Source: Thermodesulfobacteriota bacterium
GTDB taxonomy: Bacteria; Desulfobacterota_D; UBA1144; Nemesobacterales; N074bin48
Reading direction: 5' to 3'
Length of the DNA stretch: 64,000 bases
Assembly: GCA_041572575.1 (NCBI GenBank)
Contig: JBFFSH010000002.1
Span: forward strand, 15,973 to 79,972
Within the stretch, counting starts at the first letter, position 1; every line of letters begins with the position of its first letter. This document shows, piece by piece, positions 19,769 through 28,545 of this stretch. A program made the translations under genes and the position numbers. The notes under the pieces were generated by a model, which searched no databases, had not been told where the DNA came from, and saw only the letters and a program-made list of their open reading frames with translations.

Positions 19769-20782
19769 TCATGTTTTAGAAAATTTTATGATCACATTTT
19801 CCAGAACAAACTGTTTGTTAACGTTTCTAAAAAATAGTGATTCCCTTGCTTTTTCGAGAAATGACCTTAATTCCAGTATATAGTCAATTGACCAGATTTG
19901 CGCAAATCTCTTGGTAGCTTCAGTTATATCCCTGTGCACTATGTGCTTATCATCAATATTTGATTTCATGTATAGTATATCTTTTAACCACATAAAAAGA
20001 GTTTCAAAAAATACATTATAATCATTGCTGTCCGATGATTTTTCTTTAGAAATATCTTCTACAAGTTCCAGTATCCCCACTGCTGATCTATTTTGAATAT
20101 TAGCAATATTATCGATAAAAGACTTTCTTTCTAAAAGAAGTTCTTCGTCCATCATAAGGGCCTTTGAAAGGCTGCCCTGAGAGAGTCTGGCAGCGGTTTC
20201 GTAATGTTCAGCAGATATTTGAGATTTAGATTTTATTGCTTGTATTATCACACTTTCATCAAGCCTGAAAAACTCCAGGCTCTGGCACCTTGATGTAATG
20301 GTTTTTAGCAGATACTGAGGTTTTGAGCAAACAAGGATAATAACAGCATCAGCAGGCGGTTCTTCAAGAGTCTTTAAAAATGCATTTTGAGCATTAATAT
20401 TCATAGACTCCGCATCGTCTATGATAGATATTTTATACCTGCCCTCATAAGGTTTTAGATAAATTAAATCTTCAATTTGCTCGCGTATTTGATTTACTTT
20501 TATTTCAGATGAATCCACAGATTTTAGCACTGTTACGTCCGGATGATTAGACCCGTCTATTTTGAGGCATGATGAACAGGTGCATTTACCTTCGTCATAA
20601 ACCCCCTGTCCGTCTCTTTTTCTCTCACAGTTAAGAAGCTTTGCAAATTCAAGCGCAACTAGTTTTTTACCAACACCTTCAGGTCCATAAAAGAGATAAG
20701 AGTTTGCAACTCTTTGCTTCTTTATAGATTTCATCAAAAATTCCTTTTGAAATTCGTGCCCTGTTATACTGGGAAAACCCAT
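19769..20782 (-). CDS. holB: DNA polymerase III subunit delta'
   Basis: YLFYGPEGVGKKLVALEFAKLLNCE plus Zn-finger-like CTCSSC; tmk-holB synteny. Confidence 0.8.
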   Translation of the reverse strand: MGFPSITGHEFQKEFLMKSIKKQRVANSYLFYGPEGVGKKLVALEFAKLLNCERKRDGQGVYDEGKCTCSSCLKIDGSNHPDVTVLKSVDSSEIKVNQIREQIEDLIYLKPYEGRYKISIIDDAESMNINAQNAFLKTLEEPPADAVIILVCSKPQYLLKTITSRCQSLEFFRLDESVIIQAIKSKSQISAEHYETAARLSQGSLSKALMMDEELLLERKSFIDNIANIQNRSAVGILELVEDISKEKSSDSNDYNVFFETLFMWLKDILYMKSNIDDKHIVHRDITEATKRFAQIWSIDYILELRSFLEKARESLFFRNVNKQFVLENVIIKFSKT

Positions 20783-20790
20783 ATCAATTC

Positions 20791-21405
20791 CTATATATTC
20801 AAAATATTTTCTATAATTGTATTTATTTCCTGAGCAATTACTGCAGCATCTCTGTCAGCATCAATAATCTTTATTCGATCCGGCTGCTTTTTATAAGATT
20901 CTAAAAACCCGTCTCTTACCCTTTTATGAAAATCTACAGATTCAGCGTCAAACTTTGTTTTTTCATCTCTTGACTCAATCCTCTGCAGTCCGGATTCAAC
21001 TGGAAGATCCAAGAGCAGCGTGATGTCCGGCAGTATGCCAAGGCATGACTGCTCTACCATTTTAGCAACCAACTCCCTGTCATTATCTCTGCCAAGACCC
21101 TGATAAACAAGGGTTGAGTCGTGATAACGGTCACATATCACAATCTCGCCATTTTCAAGCTTTGGCTCAATGAATTCCTTTACATGATTAACCCTGTCGG
21201 TACAGAAAAGACACAGCTCAGCAAATGGGGCAAGGGTAATATCCCTGTCATCCAGCAAAATATTTCTTATAATCTGCCCAAGCTTGCCCCAACCAGGTTC
21301 CCTTGTTAGATTTATTTTTAGCCCTTTAGTTGTAATAAAATCGTTAAGCAGCCTTGCCTGAGTGCTTTTTCCACTGCCCTCGATTCCTTCAAAAGTGATA
21401 AACAT
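20791..21405 (-). CDS. tmk: thymidylate kinase
   Basis: FITFEGIEGSGKSTQ P-loop; DRY motif. Confidence 0.9.
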   Translation of the reverse strand: MFITFEGIEGSGKSTQARLLNDFITTKGLKINLTREPGWGKLGQIIRNILLDDRDITLAPFAELCLFCTDRVNHVKEFIEPKLENGEIVICDRYHDSTLVYQGLGRDNDRELVAKMVEQSCLGILPDITLLLDLPVESGLQRIESRDEKTKFDAESVDFHKRVRDGFLESYKKQPDRIKIIDADRDAAVIAQEINTIIENILNI

Positions 21406-21558
21406 TGAGCAAAGAAAGTAACTTAAAGAGAGATAAATAACAACGAATATTTTGTAATTTTAGCATTTGTTTTTATTTTTAAAACAAAATTTGGAGTTAT
21501 AAGTTAAAATATTATACTTATGCAGTTATAAAATATAAAATTTCGCAAAGGAATATCT

Positions 21559-22065
21559 ATGCAACCAAGAAAACATATAGCAATTATTATCATTTTTATT
21601 CTGATTTTTGGATTACAGACCAAGCTTGGATTTTCAAGAAACTATATAGAAAGCCTAAAAGTAAAAGCCATACCTGCAGAAATTCTGGATACCATATGTC
21701 CACTGTACTTAACCTTTCAAATGCAGATTATTGCCGGAGTAAAAATGTACAAGACCGAGCAGCTCACAATAAAATACAGATTGATAGGAGATAACGGATT
21801 TGCATCAAACTGGCGGCAATACAATATTGCCAAAGGAGATACAAGAACAGATGTATTCAGAAGAAGGATTGATCCCCATGCAATTGCTGAAAAAACGGAT
21901 ATCAAAAATAACCCGACATTAGAATTAAAGGGCGATAAGATTCACTATAGAGGATGGTCAGCAGTTGAGCTCATATATCAGGATGAATTAAGGAAGATAT
22001 ATACAGTTGGATCAAATAAGGCAGAATTCAATATTGAATGCAAGGAACTTGAGATTATTAATTAA
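21559..22065 (+). CDS. hypothetical secreted protein
   Basis: N-terminal signal-like hydrophobic segment; no recognisable family. Confidence 0.35.
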   Translation: MQPRKHIAIIIIFILIFGLQTKLGFSRNYIESLKVKAIPAEILDTICPLYLTFQMQIIAGVKMYKTEQLTIKYRLIGDNGFASNWRQYNIAKGDTRTDVFRRRIDPHAIAEKTDIKNNPTLELKGDKIHYRGWSAVELIYQDELRKIYTVGSNKAEFNIECKELEIIN

Positions 22066-22084
22066 ATCTTTTTAGAAATCTTAT

Positions 22085-22804
22085 TTAATTAAAATAATCA
22101 AAGAGACCCTCAAGTTCTTTTTTTGACAAATCTTTCCATTTTCCTTTTTGTAAATCCCCAAGAGTAAGCGGCCCTATTGATACCCTTTTAAGCTTTATTA
22201 TCTTATATCCGAAATGGGAAAAATATCTTTTTACGAGATGATTTTTCCCTTCGTGAAATGTGGCTACAACAAGATTGCTGTTGTTATTGTTTCCAGGGAT
22301 TTTTAAGCTGTCCGGTTTTACAAATCCATCTTCAAGCTCGGCACCTTCAGTTAATTTTTCTAATTCTTGAAGGGTGATCTTTTTATTGAGCACACAGACA
22401 TACTCCTTTGGAACTGTAAAGCTTGGGTGATGAATTTTATGAGCAATTTCACCGTCATTAGTTAAGAAAAGCAGCCCTTCTACATCATAGTCCAGCCTCC
22501 CCACAGGGTAGACTCTTTCAGGAATATCATCAATCAATTCCACTATTGTCTTTTTATCATCTTCGTTATTTTCAAGTGTTGTTACATAGAGCTTTGGTTT
22601 GTTTAGTAATATATATCTCTTATTTTCAAAATTTAGCTCCTGCTCACCAATTCTTACAGTATCGCTCAAGGTGTCTACGGAAAGTCCGGGCTCAGTAACT
22701 AGTTTGTCGTTTACATATACCTCGCCTTTATCAATCAGCTCATCGGCCTTTCTTCTTGACGTATAGCCGCACATCGATATATATCGGTTTATTCTTACTA
22801 TCAT
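22085..22804 (-). CDS. rRNA pseudouridine synthase (RsuA/RluB family) with S4 domain
   Basis: S4 N-terminus then the catalytic VGRLDYDVEGLLFLTNDGE motif. Confidence 0.85.
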   Translation of the reverse strand: MIVRINRYISMCGYTSRRKADELIDKGEVYVNDKLVTEPGLSVDTLSDTVRIGEQELNFENKRYILLNKPKLYVTTLENNEDDKKTIVELIDDIPERVYPVGRLDYDVEGLLFLTNDGEIAHKIHHPSFTVPKEYVCVLNKKITLQELEKLTEGAELEDGFVKPDSLKIPGNNNNSNLVVATFHEGKNHLVKRYFSHFGYKIIKLKRVSIGPLTLGDLQKGKWKDLSKKELEGLFDYFN

Positions 22805-22827
22805 TTTTTATTCTATAAAAAACAAAA

Positions 22828-22854
22828 AAGCTCCTTTGATAACAAAAGGAGCTT
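22828..22854 (-). terminator. intrinsic terminator downstream of the AhpD-like/TetR transcription unit
   Basis: Stem GCTCCTTT/AAAGGAGC followed on the minus strand by TTTTTTGTTTTTT. Confidence 0.6.
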
Positions 22855-22883
22855 ATATTTTTATAAATCCTTATTTAATTATA

Positions 22884-23591
22884 CTACGAACCGGTTTTCT
22901 TCTGTTCTTTGTCATTAATACTATCAAGTGTATACATCGCTACACTACTATGAGCATAACATGCTCCTGCTGACATGACCATACCAACATTCATGGCTTC
23001 TGCTATCTGCTCTTTAGTATATCCGGCCGCTCTTGCATCTTTTACGCAGCCTCTTATACAATAAGGACACCTTGTCATATTAGCACAGCAAAGACCAAGC
23101 AGGCCACGTTTGAAGTTTTTTGATAAAGCACCATCAGCAAATACCTTTTTGGTGAAATCTTTAAATTTATCGTCAGATTCCCCACTTGCATCGGAAAAAC
23201 ATTTTATTTCGTGTGCAATATTTTTCTTAAAAAAATGTCCTTCGGTAAGCGGCACATCATTATCCAGTGCATCCCAAGCTTCATAGGCCATACTTGTATA
23301 AGCATAAGGAGCGCCCATTGCAAACCTCATCGCAACATATATTGCTTCTGTAATTTCCTCATCAGATGTGCCGTGTTTCTTACTTATAGTTACTCTTGAT
23401 CTTATGCAATAGGAACATCTGGTAAGATGTGCAGCAGCTACGGCAATTAGCTCCTTTTCTTTTTTAGTTAATGCACCATCTGTAAACGCAGTATTGTGAT
23501 AATCCATCCATGAACCATAAAGATCGGGGTTTATTTCCTTTAGGTGTACTATATCGGCACTGATATTACTCTTAAGCATGTAATCACTCAT
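22884..23591 (-). CDS. carboxymuconolactone decarboxylase (AhpD-like) family protein, tandem core domains
   Basis: Two CxxC cores (CSYCIRS, CPYCIRG) typical of the AhpD core domain. Confidence 0.7.
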   Translation of the reverse strand: MSDYMLKSNISADIVHLKEINPDLYGSWMDYHNTAFTDGALTKKEKELIAVAAAHLTRCSYCIRSRVTISKKHGTSDEEITEAIYVAMRFAMGAPYAYTSMAYEAWDALDNDVPLTEGHFFKKNIAHEIKCFSDASGESDDKFKDFTKKVFADGALSKNFKRGLLGLCCANMTRCPYCIRGCVKDARAAGYTKEQIAEAMNVGMVMSAGACYAHSSVAMYTLDSINDKEQKKTGS

Positions 23592-23618
23592 ATTTTTATT
23601 CTCCTCAAAGCCCTGCTA

Positions 23619-24194
23619 TTAGGCTTTTAATAAATTTATTATTTCTTTTGAACCGTTATCCAAAGGGTTAATTTGTTTGTATGTTTTTGTCATGAGAATC
23701 GCACCTTGTAAATGCGAAAGGATCAGTTCTGAGGATATTGCTGTATCAAATTTGTCTGAGAATTCTCCAATCCTAACACCTTCCTGCAGACAGTTTTGAA
23801 TCTTCTGTTTCCAGAGTTCAAAAAACTGCTCCAGTCTTTTTCTGAAACTACTATTTTTAGAGCTAAGCTCAATTGCAAGATTTCCAAAAGGGCATCCGTG
23901 TCTGCATTTATCATTCTCGTGTATGGATATGACTTTATCATAGAAACTATTCAGTCTTCTGAGAGGACTTAAGTTTTCATTCGATAAGGTTTTGTCGAGC
24001 ACTTCTGATATATAGTTGTCTATTCTCATTTCTAAAACTTCAAGACCCAGCAACTGCTTGCTTCTGAAATGATAATAAAAATTGCTTTTGGATACACCCG
24101 CTTTTCTTATTATCTCGTCTACGCTTGTCTGCCCGTAACCATTTTTATAAATCATCGTATAAGCAGCGTGTAATATTTTTTCTTTGTTTGTCAT
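23619..24194 (-). CDS. TetR/AcrR family transcriptional regulator
   Basis: N-terminal HTH GYGQTSVDEIIRKAGVSKSNFYYHF. Confidence 0.85.
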   Translation of the reverse strand: MTNKEKILHAAYTMIYKNGYGQTSVDEIIRKAGVSKSNFYYHFRSKQLLGLEVLEMRIDNYISEVLDKTLSNENLSPLRRLNSFYDKVISIHENDKCRHGCPFGNLAIELSSKNSSFRKRLEQFFELWKQKIQNCLQEGVRIGEFSDKFDTAISSELILSHLQGAILMTKTYKQINPLDNGSKEIINLLKA

Positions 24195-24294
24195 TTTATT
24201 AAATTAGGACTAACTAGTACGTACTAATATATAATATAAATTGAAAATGTAAAGAGGTTTTATTTATTTGTAGATTTAGTGTAATTTTCTTTAA

Positions 24295-25251
24295 ATGAGC
24301 AGACTCGTAATAGGCATAGATATTGGCGGTACAAATCTAAGGGGTGCAGTGGTTGACTCTAAAGGAAACATCCAAAAGAGATACAGCATAAGTTCGGAGG
24401 CCAATATCGGTATAGACAACCTCATAGATAATCTTATTCATTTAATAAGTAACCTAAGGTCAGACTATAAAATTGCAGGCATTGGTATTGGAATACCCGG
24501 AATACTGGACTCTAAAAATGGAATACTCACGCAAGCACCTAATATTAATGTGGCCAATAATTATCCGATCAGAAAAGTGCTCAGCAAAAGGATTAAACCC
24601 AAAGTTCCGATTTTTATAGAAAATGATGCCAATTGCGCAGCATTTGGGGAGTTTAAATTTGGGGCGGGTAAGGGTTTAAATAGTTTAATTATGCTTACTC
24701 TTGGTACCGGAGTTGGCGGGGGAATCATTTTAAATAAAGAGATCTGGAATGGGGCATATGGAATGGGAGGAGAGATCGGACACATAAAGATTTACCCCGG
24801 TGGAATAAAATGTAACTGTGGTCACAGGGGTTGTCTGGAAAGTTATTCATCACAGGCAGGCATTTATAACATGGTAAAAAAGGGTAGAAAGGAAAATAGA
24901 ATTAATAAGACTCTATCGGATTTAATCAAATCCACACATAAGGACAAATTACCTGAGCTCATATTCAGGCAAGCTAAAAATGGCAGCAAATTCTCTGTAA
25001 AACTGTGGGAAGAATTTGGAACGGCTCTTGGGATTGGAATTTCTTCAATCACAAATCTGCTAAACCCTGAAATAGTTGTAATAGGCGGCGGGATTACGGG
25101 CGCCTGGCAATTTTTCATTCCATCTTTAAAAAAGACCGTAAAAGAAAATACACTTTCAGGTCCCTATAAGAAACTCATAATCAGCAGATCTAAATTAAAA
25201 GACGATGCAGGAATTTTAGGTGCAGCAAATCTGGCACTGGGAAAAAAATAA
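24295..25251 (+). CDS. ROK-family glucokinase
   Basis: IGIDIGGTNLRGAVVD; ROK zinc motif CNCGHRGCLE. Confidence 0.85.
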   Translation: MSRLVIGIDIGGTNLRGAVVDSKGNIQKRYSISSEANIGIDNLIDNLIHLISNLRSDYKIAGIGIGIPGILDSKNGILTQAPNINVANNYPIRKVLSKRIKPKVPIFIENDANCAAFGEFKFGAGKGLNSLIMLTLGTGVGGGIILNKEIWNGAYGMGGEIGHIKIYPGGIKCNCGHRGCLESYSSQAGIYNMVKKGRKENRINKTLSDLIKSTHKDKLPELIFRQAKNGSKFSVKLWEEFGTALGIGISSITNLLNPEIVVIGGGITGAWQFFIPSLKKTVKENTLSGPYKKLIISRSKLKDDAGILGAANLALGKK

Positions 25252-25308
25252 AAGTGCCGAATAAGTCATTTAAGTATAACAAAAGATTAATTTGATCATG
25301 GAAGCGGG

Positions 25309-26223
25309 TTAAAAAATAGATTTGCCGGTGATAGTCGTAAACATCTCCAGAGCTTTTACCCCTGCAAGGGAATTTCCGTTGTCATTCAAACCCGGCGACC
25401 ACACGGCGATATTGAACTGACCGGGAAGCACAGCTATTATGCCTCCACCCACACCACTTTTGCCCGGAAGCCCTACCCGGTAGGCAAAATCACCAACCGC
25501 GTCATAGGTTCCACATGTAAGGAGCAGTGAGTTTAGATACTTGGTTTGTCTTGTTGTAGAGACTGCCTCTTTGATTAAAGGTGAATAGCCGCTGTGCACA
25601 AGATATGAGCATGCATTGGATAAATCGATACAGTTCATAGATATTGAACACTGGTAAAAGTAAACGTCCAAAACACCAGAGGGTTGATTATCGAGATTAT
25701 TAAAACTTTTAAGATAGTTGGCAATAGATTTATTCAGATACCCCGTTTTCTTTTCCGATGCGTACACTTTTGGATCATGTTCAATACTCGAATTGCCACT
25801 TAATAACCTAAGATAATCGATTATGGCTTTTTTTGCGTCTCCCACCCTTGATAAGATAATGTCGGTTATTACTAATGCACCTGCATTAATAAAAGGATTT
25901 CTTGGTATACCTTTTTCATATTCGAGCTGTACGAGAGAATTAAATGGATTTCCTGATGGTTCACGTCCCACTCTTTGCCACAATCTTTTATCTTCAAATT
26001 GCAATGCCAGTGTTAATGTAAACAGTTTTGATATGCTCTGTATTGAAAACTTTGTGTTAAAATCACCAACTTTTGAAATCTCTCCATCTGCGGTTTGCAA
26101 AACCATGGCAAAATTATCAGGTGAGACCTTTTTAAGCTCGGGAATATAATCGGCAACCTTACCCAAGGCTAGATAAGGCTTTATCTCTTCATATATTTCT
26201 TCTAAAATTAGCTGGTAATCCAT
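25309..26223 (-). CDS. glsA: glutaminase A
   Basis: Serine beta-lactamase-like glutaminase motifs SIQSISKLF, GKSGVGGGI. Confidence 0.85.
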   Translation of the reverse strand: MDYQLILEEIYEEIKPYLALGKVADYIPELKKVSPDNFAMVLQTADGEISKVGDFNTKFSIQSISKLFTLTLALQFEDKRLWQRVGREPSGNPFNSLVQLEYEKGIPRNPFINAGALVITDIILSRVGDAKKAIIDYLRLLSGNSSIEHDPKVYASEKKTGYLNKSIANYLKSFNNLDNQPSGVLDVYFYQCSISMNCIDLSNACSYLVHSGYSPLIKEAVSTTRQTKYLNSLLLTCGTYDAVGDFAYRVGLPGKSGVGGGIIAVLPGQFNIAVWSPGLNDNGNSLAGVKALEMFTTITGKSIF

Positions 26224-26246
26224 TTCCGTGTTTACATATTGCTTGA

Positions 26247-27626
26247 TTACTTAGTCTTAATTATTTTTAATTTTATTGCTATATCACCTTTAACCCTAAA
26301 CTTATCTGACATTCTTAAGCCACCAACCCAGGCAATTTCACGGTTTATAATAAAAAGGGGATAGAGCTTTCTTAAGTATCTGGGGATTTTTTCATCAATA
26401 AAAAAGTCCTTTAATTTCTTCTCTCCTTTCATTCCAAATGGAGTGAATTTATCACCAGGCCTCCAGTTTCTAATCTCTACCGGGAACTTTACTTTCTTAG
26501 GATTTAGCAGTGCAACATCTGTGCCTTGATCAAGATTTTTAGTTTTAGTTTTCTTTATAACAAATGAAACATGTTCAAAGTCATATTGTCCAAAATCATA
26601 AATTTTATATGAATAATTGGGATTAATCACTGACTTTTTTGTGACAATTAAATCATCATAACTCTTTGCTATGATTAAATTATTTGGAAGATTTACTTCG
26701 CCTGAAATCTTTTTTGAAGACATCAGTTCAAGTGCTGCCTCTATATGGTCAAAATCAATATTTAGAAGATTTTCGTTAACCCTGGAAACCGCTTCTCTTA
26801 GTAAAGTAAACTGAATCAATCTGTGTGTTTTTTTAAATTTCTTTAGACTCGTAGTATAAAAAGCCTCTGCAGTTTTCCTGAATAATTTTTTAAATAGCTT
26901 ACTCGTATGCTCTGAAACAAAAGAGTCTTTTTCTGTAAACTGATAAGAGGTTCTAAGAACATTTTCGGTGATATTAGGGTTTAACTCTTTTAAGACCGGT
27001 ACAAGCTTGTGTCTTACTCTATTCCTAAAAAAATCAATTTCCGCATTGGAACTATCTTCAACCCATTTGATTTTATTTTCTTTTAGATATTTTTTTATTT
27101 CATCTTTAGTGATTTCCAAAAGCGGTCTTACAATATCGTCTCTTTTAATGGGTATTCCAGAGAGACCTTTAAGTCCTGACCCGCGTATAAGCCTCATAAA
27201 CACGGTCTCCAACTGATCATCTGCCGTATGAGCCGTTGCTACTTTGTCTGCGCCATATTTCTTGGTTAAAAACTCAAAGAACTTATATCTTATGATACGG
27301 GCCGACTCCTCTATTCCCTTTCCAAGCTCCTTTTTTATAACTGAAGCATTTTCAACTAGAAGCTCAAACTCCAACCCCCTGTCTTTACACACCTTTTTTA
27401 CAAATTCAGCATCTCTGTCAGATTCTTTTCCCCTAAGACAGTGGTTTACATGAGCTACTATAATACTAAGCTCATATTGATTTAACTGTGATAATGCATG
27501 TAATAAAAAGACAGAGTCTGCCCCGCCGGATACCCCCACAATAATGGTGTCATTTTTGGAAAGCAGATTATGCTTAGTAATCGACTGGTGTACTTTTTTT
27601 AATAAGCTCAAAATCTTTTGCTGCAA
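26247..27626 (-). CDS. tilS: tRNA(Ile)-lysidine synthetase
   Basis: PP-loop VGVSGGADSVFLL; 459 aa with a C-terminal domain. Confidence 0.85.
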   Translation of the reverse strand: MQQKILSLLKKVHQSITKHNLLSKNDTIIVGVSGGADSVFLLHALSQLNQYELSIIVAHVNHCLRGKESDRDAEFVKKVCKDRGLEFELLVENASVIKKELGKGIEESARIIRYKFFEFLTKKYGADKVATAHTADDQLETVFMRLIRGSGLKGLSGIPIKRDDIVRPLLEITKDEIKKYLKENKIKWVEDSSNAEIDFFRNRVRHKLVPVLKELNPNITENVLRTSYQFTEKDSFVSEHTSKLFKKLFRKTAEAFYTTSLKKFKKTHRLIQFTLLREAVSRVNENLLNIDFDHIEAALELMSSKKISGEVNLPNNLIIAKSYDDLIVTKKSVINPNYSYKIYDFGQYDFEHVSFVIKKTKTKNLDQGTDVALLNPKKVKFPVEIRNWRPGDKFTPFGMKGEKKLKDFFIDEKIPRYLRKLYPLFIINREIAWVGGLRMSDKFRVKGDIAIKLKIIKTK

Positions 27627-28239
27627 GCCCCCCGGATATTATTACTTTAAATGCTTCCTCGACTGTGATCGATACTTCCTGGACTTCGCTTTCCGGAAGC
27701 ATTAGATAATAGCCTGAAGTTGGGTTTGGAGTATTTGGTACAAAAATACTAAGCAGTGTATCGTCGGTATCATCTATTGCCTTGTTTGCAACATTCCCAG
27801 TAACAAATCCAAGACAGAAAATACCTTTTCTTGGAAACTCAAGCATGATTACCCTTTTAATACCCTTAAATCCTCTGCTGAAAAGCACAGTCTCAATCAT
27901 TTGCTTTGAGGCAGAATAAATTGACCTTGCAAATGGAATTTTTGAGATAATGTTTTCGCTAAAATTAAGGAGCTTCCCACCAAGGTAGTTTCTGGCAATA
28001 ATTCCAACAGCAATAATTATTATAAGCGCACCGATCAGGCCAATTGAAAAAGTGGCGTATTGATAAAGGGGTTTTGGAAGCACTGATAAGGGTTCTATAA
28101 ACTTTGCGGGTACAAAGCTAATAAATCTTACTACCCAGAGACTAATTTTATAAACAACAAAAAGAGTCAGTCCGAATGGGATTATCACCAGCAATCCCGT
28201 GAGAAAACTTCTTTTAATAGAACCCGATATATGACTCAT
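27574..28239 (-). CDS. DUF502-family membrane protein
   Basis: Two N-terminal TM helices plus a conserved DUF502-like core; overlaps the tilS start by 53 nt. Confidence 0.55.
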   Translation of the reverse strand: MSHISGSIKRSFLTGLLVIIPFGLTLFVVYKISLWVVRFISFVPAKFIEPLSVLPKPLYQYATFSIGLIGALIIIIAVGIIARNYLGGKLLNFSENIISKIPFARSIYSASKQMIETVLFSRGFKGIKRVIMLEFPRKGIFCLGFVTGNVANKAIDDTDDTLLSIFVPNTPNPTSGYYLMLPESEVQEVSITVEEAFKVIISGGLAAKDFELIKKSTPVDY

Positions 28240-28245
28240 TAAATA

Positions 28246-28533
28246 TTATTGCTCGGAATTTAGGGCATCCCTCAAAAACCTGCTGGATTTGAACACAACC
28301 ACTTTTCTCTCACCAATAGTTATGTCTTCTCCGGTTGAAGGATTCCTGCCTTTTCTGGCATTTCTATTCTGAGTTCTAAAACTTCCAAATCTCGGAAGCT
28401 TGATTGACTGTCCATTGCTTAATATTTCTTTTAGGTTATTAAAGAAAAATTCTACTATTTCTGATGATTCTCTTTTGGATAGTCCAATCCTTGAATGTAA
28501 TACTTCTCCCAACTCTTTTTTAGTCATACCCAC
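28246..28533 (-). CDS. ihfA: IHF/HU-family DNA-binding protein, likely IHF alpha given pheT-ihfA synteny
   Basis: MTKKEL...RFGSF...GRNPSTGE HU/IHF signature; immediately downstream of pheT as in E. coli. Confidence 0.7.
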   Translation of the reverse strand: MGMTKKELGEVLHSRIGLSKRESSEIVEFFFNNLKEILSNGQSIKLPRFGSFRTQNRNARKGRNPSTGEDITIGERKVVVFKSSRFLRDALNSEQ

Positions 28534-28545
28534 ACCTCTTTATTA